In this document: positions 59,919 through 64,000 of the stretch, in pieces
Layout of the letters: every line of letters starts with the position of its first letter
Numbering within the stretch: position 1 is the first letter of the stretch
Translations under genes and position numbers: made by a program
Assembly: GCA_051294905.1 (NCBI GenBank)
Contig: CM119373.1
Location: 12,152,001 to 12,216,000, forward strand
Origin: Botryllus schlosseri
Lineage: Eukaryota
Direction of reading: 5' to 3'
Length of the DNA stretch: 64,000 nucleotides
The notes under the pieces: model-generated
What the model saw: the letters and a program-made list of their open reading frames with translations, nothing else
Told to the model about the DNA's origin: nothing
The model's database searches: none

Positions 59919-61290
59919 CAGAGGTGGACTGTAACGACGTACTTCTACTTTCCCGAAGTACTGAAGTAGTTTTCATCTACTTCTGGTACTTACTCAAGTA
60001 GATCTGATTTTCTCTACTTCTACTTCTACTTCGTAATATTTTGCGATCTACTTACTTACTTTTCGCTATTTTCAGTTTGTCAAGTAGAAGTAGATTAATC
60101 CTCCATTCAGAAAGATAGCCTAAGGGATTTCTGGGCTGTTATAACGGAGTATCAACATCAACATTTAATTTTCATAAAAGTTGAGTAAAGTCCAGAATTT
60201 TCGTCGCGCATCGCGCTCAGTGAATACAGAGCAGCCAGCATGATTTTACGAAAGTATCGGTGAATATCATTTAGGTAGCGGGTTGGCGTTGTTCCGTTCA
60301 CTCCGCATTGTCGCCCTTCGCCCATATTAGATATTTCATCACTGTATATATGGCTCATCAAACTCAAACTAATGTTTCGCAATCTAGCATTTACTTATCA
60401 AATCGTAATCTAGCAGTCAATGGCGTGTCCTAATCTGGAAAAGTGGACTCTGACTTTTTTTAGTTTTAGAGCTGTTTTAGCATACCATCTTTGAAATTTT
60501 CCGACTGAAGACATGAAATATATTTTCCGTTTTCAGAAGTAGCATTTATATGGATTCGAACTTTTTTTAGTTTTAGAGTTTTGTTAGCATACCACCTTTA
60601 AAACTTTCTGGACTAAAGACATGAAATACATTTTCCGATTTTAGAAGTAGTATTTATATTTCACTTTCAATTGCCATGATCATATACTCTGAGTTCTAAT
60701 TAATATCAGGTTCTTTGTCTCGAAAACATACAGAGCAAGTGTAGTTAATTCCCGGAAACAAAGCTACATAATATGGCATTTTTACACTCCATCTTATTTT
60801 TTAATAATCGCGCAGAGTGTTTACACTGTATCCGATACAACTTCTCCGTATTGCTCTTCGACTAAATTACGAGCATTATAATATGGGGGAGTCCGCGATA
60901 CCATGATATTTTCTAAAACGTGCTGTTCGATTAAACATAGTATTAGTATCGCATCTCCTTATCAATACCATCATTTTCATCCCATGATGCTAACGATTGC
61001 TTAAGCAATCGAAAATTGAATACCTCCTGGTATGCATCAATATGAATCAAGCTCCGCATCTTTTGCATAGCTCAATTTGCACGTTTTGACAATCCATGCG
61101 AACGAAGTACGATCGTTTTCACAACTACTTACTTACTTGAGTAGATTTAAAGTCAGTCAATTCTTCTTCTACTTCAAGTAGTTTTAGGTTGCTTATGAAA
61201 GAAGTACTTCTACTCGTACTTGAGTAGATTTTTTCGTCGGTGCTTCTACTTGTACTTGAGTAGCTTTCTTGACTACTTTGACCACCTCTG
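59919..61290. mobile_element. Long family-E hAT element inserted into a SINE tail
   Basis: TIR CAGAGGTGG/CCACCTCTG; perfect TSD GTCATTTA (59911-59918, 61291-61298). Confidence 0.9.
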
Positions 61291-61635
61291 GTCATTTACA
61301 CCAGGCCGATAATTCTTATTTTTGATTCCGTAACCGTCGACTTGTAGCACGGCGCAGGCTTTTGTAAGACACCGCTTATGCCAGTTGTCGCCAACTGAAA
61401 ACGGGTCGCGGGCCAATTTCAAATTTCGAGGCCGTGGTCCGCATGAATTCAATATTGAGATAGACAGACCACACAGTATGACAACCACGCCATCTCGTCA
61501 CATACCAAACCCTAATGCATTGATATCTTGGTGAATCTGGGGTACCGGGCTTATTGAACGCATTGAAATCTTAATGAAGGATTGCATCGTGTGTTGATTT
61601 ATCAGAGAGAAATAGACATGGTGGTACCTGTATGA

Positions 61636-62348
61636 CAGGGGTGGCCAACCTGCGGCCGTAGAAGCAAATTTGTTCGGCCGTGGACACGTAATTCAATAAG
61701 TAGGTGTTGGCGGCCGTCGACATGGAATTTGAATTTACGAATTGACTCCCGATTTCTTGAAAGATTTCAATTATTATTGAAATTTTCTTCGCGCAGGGCG
61801 CGATTCAATGCGACTTCATTTTTCGATGTTAATATAGTTGCGCACTTTGCAATCAGAGCCACACAGTACAGTTGCGAACAGATGCGTCTCATATAGAAAT
61901 ACCTACTCGGAATCGCGTGCTCTCCTCACTATACCGACAATCCTGACGGGAGGTCAAGACATGCAAAGAACAGCATGCAACAAAGTGACTAATAATCATT
62001 GGCATGCCGGAAGATGCATCATCATTCATAACCTGTCCTAAATTTTCGAAAACAGCCCTCCATCAACTCTACCGGTGAATCTGATCACATTGGATGAGAA
62101 ATAATATGTAAAATTACTATGACGAAATTCATGAATGAATCTGAAAATTTTTTCGCGCTTGGCGCGACTATAAGCAGCCTACGTTATTTAATGGATTAGT
62201 ACGGAGTTCACCGGAAATGGACATAGACACTTTAACATGAGTATTTGGCGTCCTGCTAGTTCATTGCGACTATGCCCTGGAATGCGGCCGTAGGCTACAT
62301 GAGTAGTCGAAATGCGGCCGTGACTGGCAAGAAGGTTGGCCACCCATG
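61636..62348. mobile_element. hAT-type MITE nested in the family G element
   Basis: TIR CAGGGGTGGCCAACC/GGTTGGCCACCCATG; TSD CTGTATGA/CTGTATGG. Confidence 0.85.
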
Positions 62349-64000
62349 CTGTATGGCAATGCTGTTCTCAAATCCACATTGTCTTCGTCATTATCGGCGA
62401 GAAATGGCTTTGAAGTTACATTGCTGTCGTTAAAATACATTCAATAAATACGATTTATTCCTTGTATACGTGGACAAATGGGCGACTAATGTATCGATTC
62501 AACAATCCGGCGCGCAAAGTACTTAATTTTCCTATATCCGGCCCGCCGACTGGAGAAGTTGCCGCCCCTGGTATATCACGTGATTTATGTCTTTCTTCTC
62601 GTACCACGTTACTGATCATTTATCAGCCCACGCATTTCAATTACAAATCAGACTCATCTACGATATCCTACTGTATATTCCATGCATATCCGACCAATAT
62701 ATCTATCTGAGGCAATCCTGTCGTTGCATTCACGTTGAAGTTGTCAGATCAAGGACTTAACGCAGGAACGTGCGTCTTAATACCCACGAGCTAAGTATAT
62801 CCACCCAGCCACACATTACGTGGGACTCAGGTTACAACTCTAGCAGGTTATCAGACGACACACCTTCCCATATCATATTGACTGCATTGACGACCACGGC
62901 TGCTCAAAAACATTTGTTGCTGTAACAATTATTAATAGCAAAAAATTTCTACCATGCTGAGGTTATTCCTTGGTTTTTGTTAAAGCAACGCACACCTCTG
63001 GAAGTGTAATTATAATCAATTACAACCGGCAAACCATTCAGTATACTTTTAACTTTACCTTTCAATGTCACTGATGCATCGCGTGACTTGGAAACATCGA
63101 AGAGGCTTACAATAGCAGACAGGAGAAAGACCGTGCCAAGTCCAGAATATGATGCGATAGTATTGAACTTAATTTCCCGCCTGAGGAGATTTCTCTCAGT
63201 AATCAATTTGAACGGTACTCGACAGTATTCATTACACAGGTCTACACGATTTTTTGCGCCAGGATCAGGTAATTCTGATCTAATTTGGGAGCGCTGAATC
63301 CGAATCTGGCGTTGTTTCATCTCTATCAGATCACGTTTTTAAAATGATATATAGGCTATGTCGATTTTTACTACTTTTTTGGGTAATCAAGTAGATTTTG
63401 ACTCCTTGCATAGTAGCCTACTTACAGAAGTGTTCATGTTTTCAGACTATTTCCGTTTCTACTTGACTAATATTTTAGACAGACTAGTTAATTTTGCAAA
63501 TTGAATTTTGAATAGTAGAGTTTAGTTTGGGCAGGGTTACCATACGTCCTCCTATAGGAGGATTTGACCCCCTTTTTCGGGTTTTTGAAAATGTCCTCCG
63601 AGGACGCCTAAATGTCCTCCTTTTTGAGATTATGTCCTCTTTTCTAATATTTCGTTATCTACTTACTTACTTTTCGCTATTTTCAGTTTGTCAAGTAGAA
63701 GTAGTTTAATCCTCTAATCAGGAAGATAGCCTGCGGAATTTGGGGGCTGTTTGCACGGAGTATCAACATTTAATTTTCATTAAAGTTGAGTAAAGCCCAG
63801 AATTTTCGTTGCGCTTCGCGCTCTGTAGATACGGAATAGCCTGTATGATTTCACGAAAAATCGGTGAATATAATTCAGGTAGCGGATTGCCGGGGTTCCG
63901 TTCACACCGCATTGCCTCTCTTCGCCCATAGTCCATGGCCCCAGCAAACACGAAACAGCCCATTGAGGTTAAAAAAACATTTTTATTTGGTTCATATTGA

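Larger units (their letters stand above)
59586..62570. mobile_element. hAT-type MITE family G expanded by nested insertions
   Basis: TIR CAGAGGCGGGCAAC/GTTGCCGCCCCTG; perfect TSD GTATATCA (59578-59585, 62571-62578). The interior matches family G copies at 17055-17400 and ~56215-57225. Confidence 0.85.

Overview
AT-rich, CpG-containing animal genomic DNA with GT-AG introns, very dense in transposable elements. The flavour suggests a marine invertebrate, possibly an ascidian; this is inference and cannot be shown from the sequence. Most short ORFs in the supplied track are spurious. Host-type genes: (1) an apparently intact single-exon LRRC8/pannexin-like 4-TM channel whose C-terminus is not LRR (47613-49283, -); (2) a spliced fibrinogen-related (FReD) gene with an in-frame TGA (exons 20305-20401, 24417-24513, 28155-28464, +); (3) a decayed intronless IRE1/RNase L-like pseudokinase-KEN ribonuclease gene (~14505-16756, -); (4) a decayed spliced DUF4806/BEN-like gene (3734-7198, +). 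Mobile elements: a young 4.1-kb Ty3/gypsy element with identical 203-bp LTRs and a 5-bp TSD; an internally deleted THAP/P element with an open in-frame fusion ORF; a Galileo-like foldback element nested in a Merlin-like MITE nested in a tRNA-SINE; a degenerate L1/Tx1 LINE; RTE fragments; and many hAT-type MITEs with 8-bp TSDs. The strongest novelty candidate is the gypsy element: it has no tRNA PBS but a perfect 16-nt LTR-complementary (self-priming-like) PBS, and its RT active site reads YLDN rather than YxDD. Next are the LRR-less LRRC8-like channel and the RNase L-like relic.
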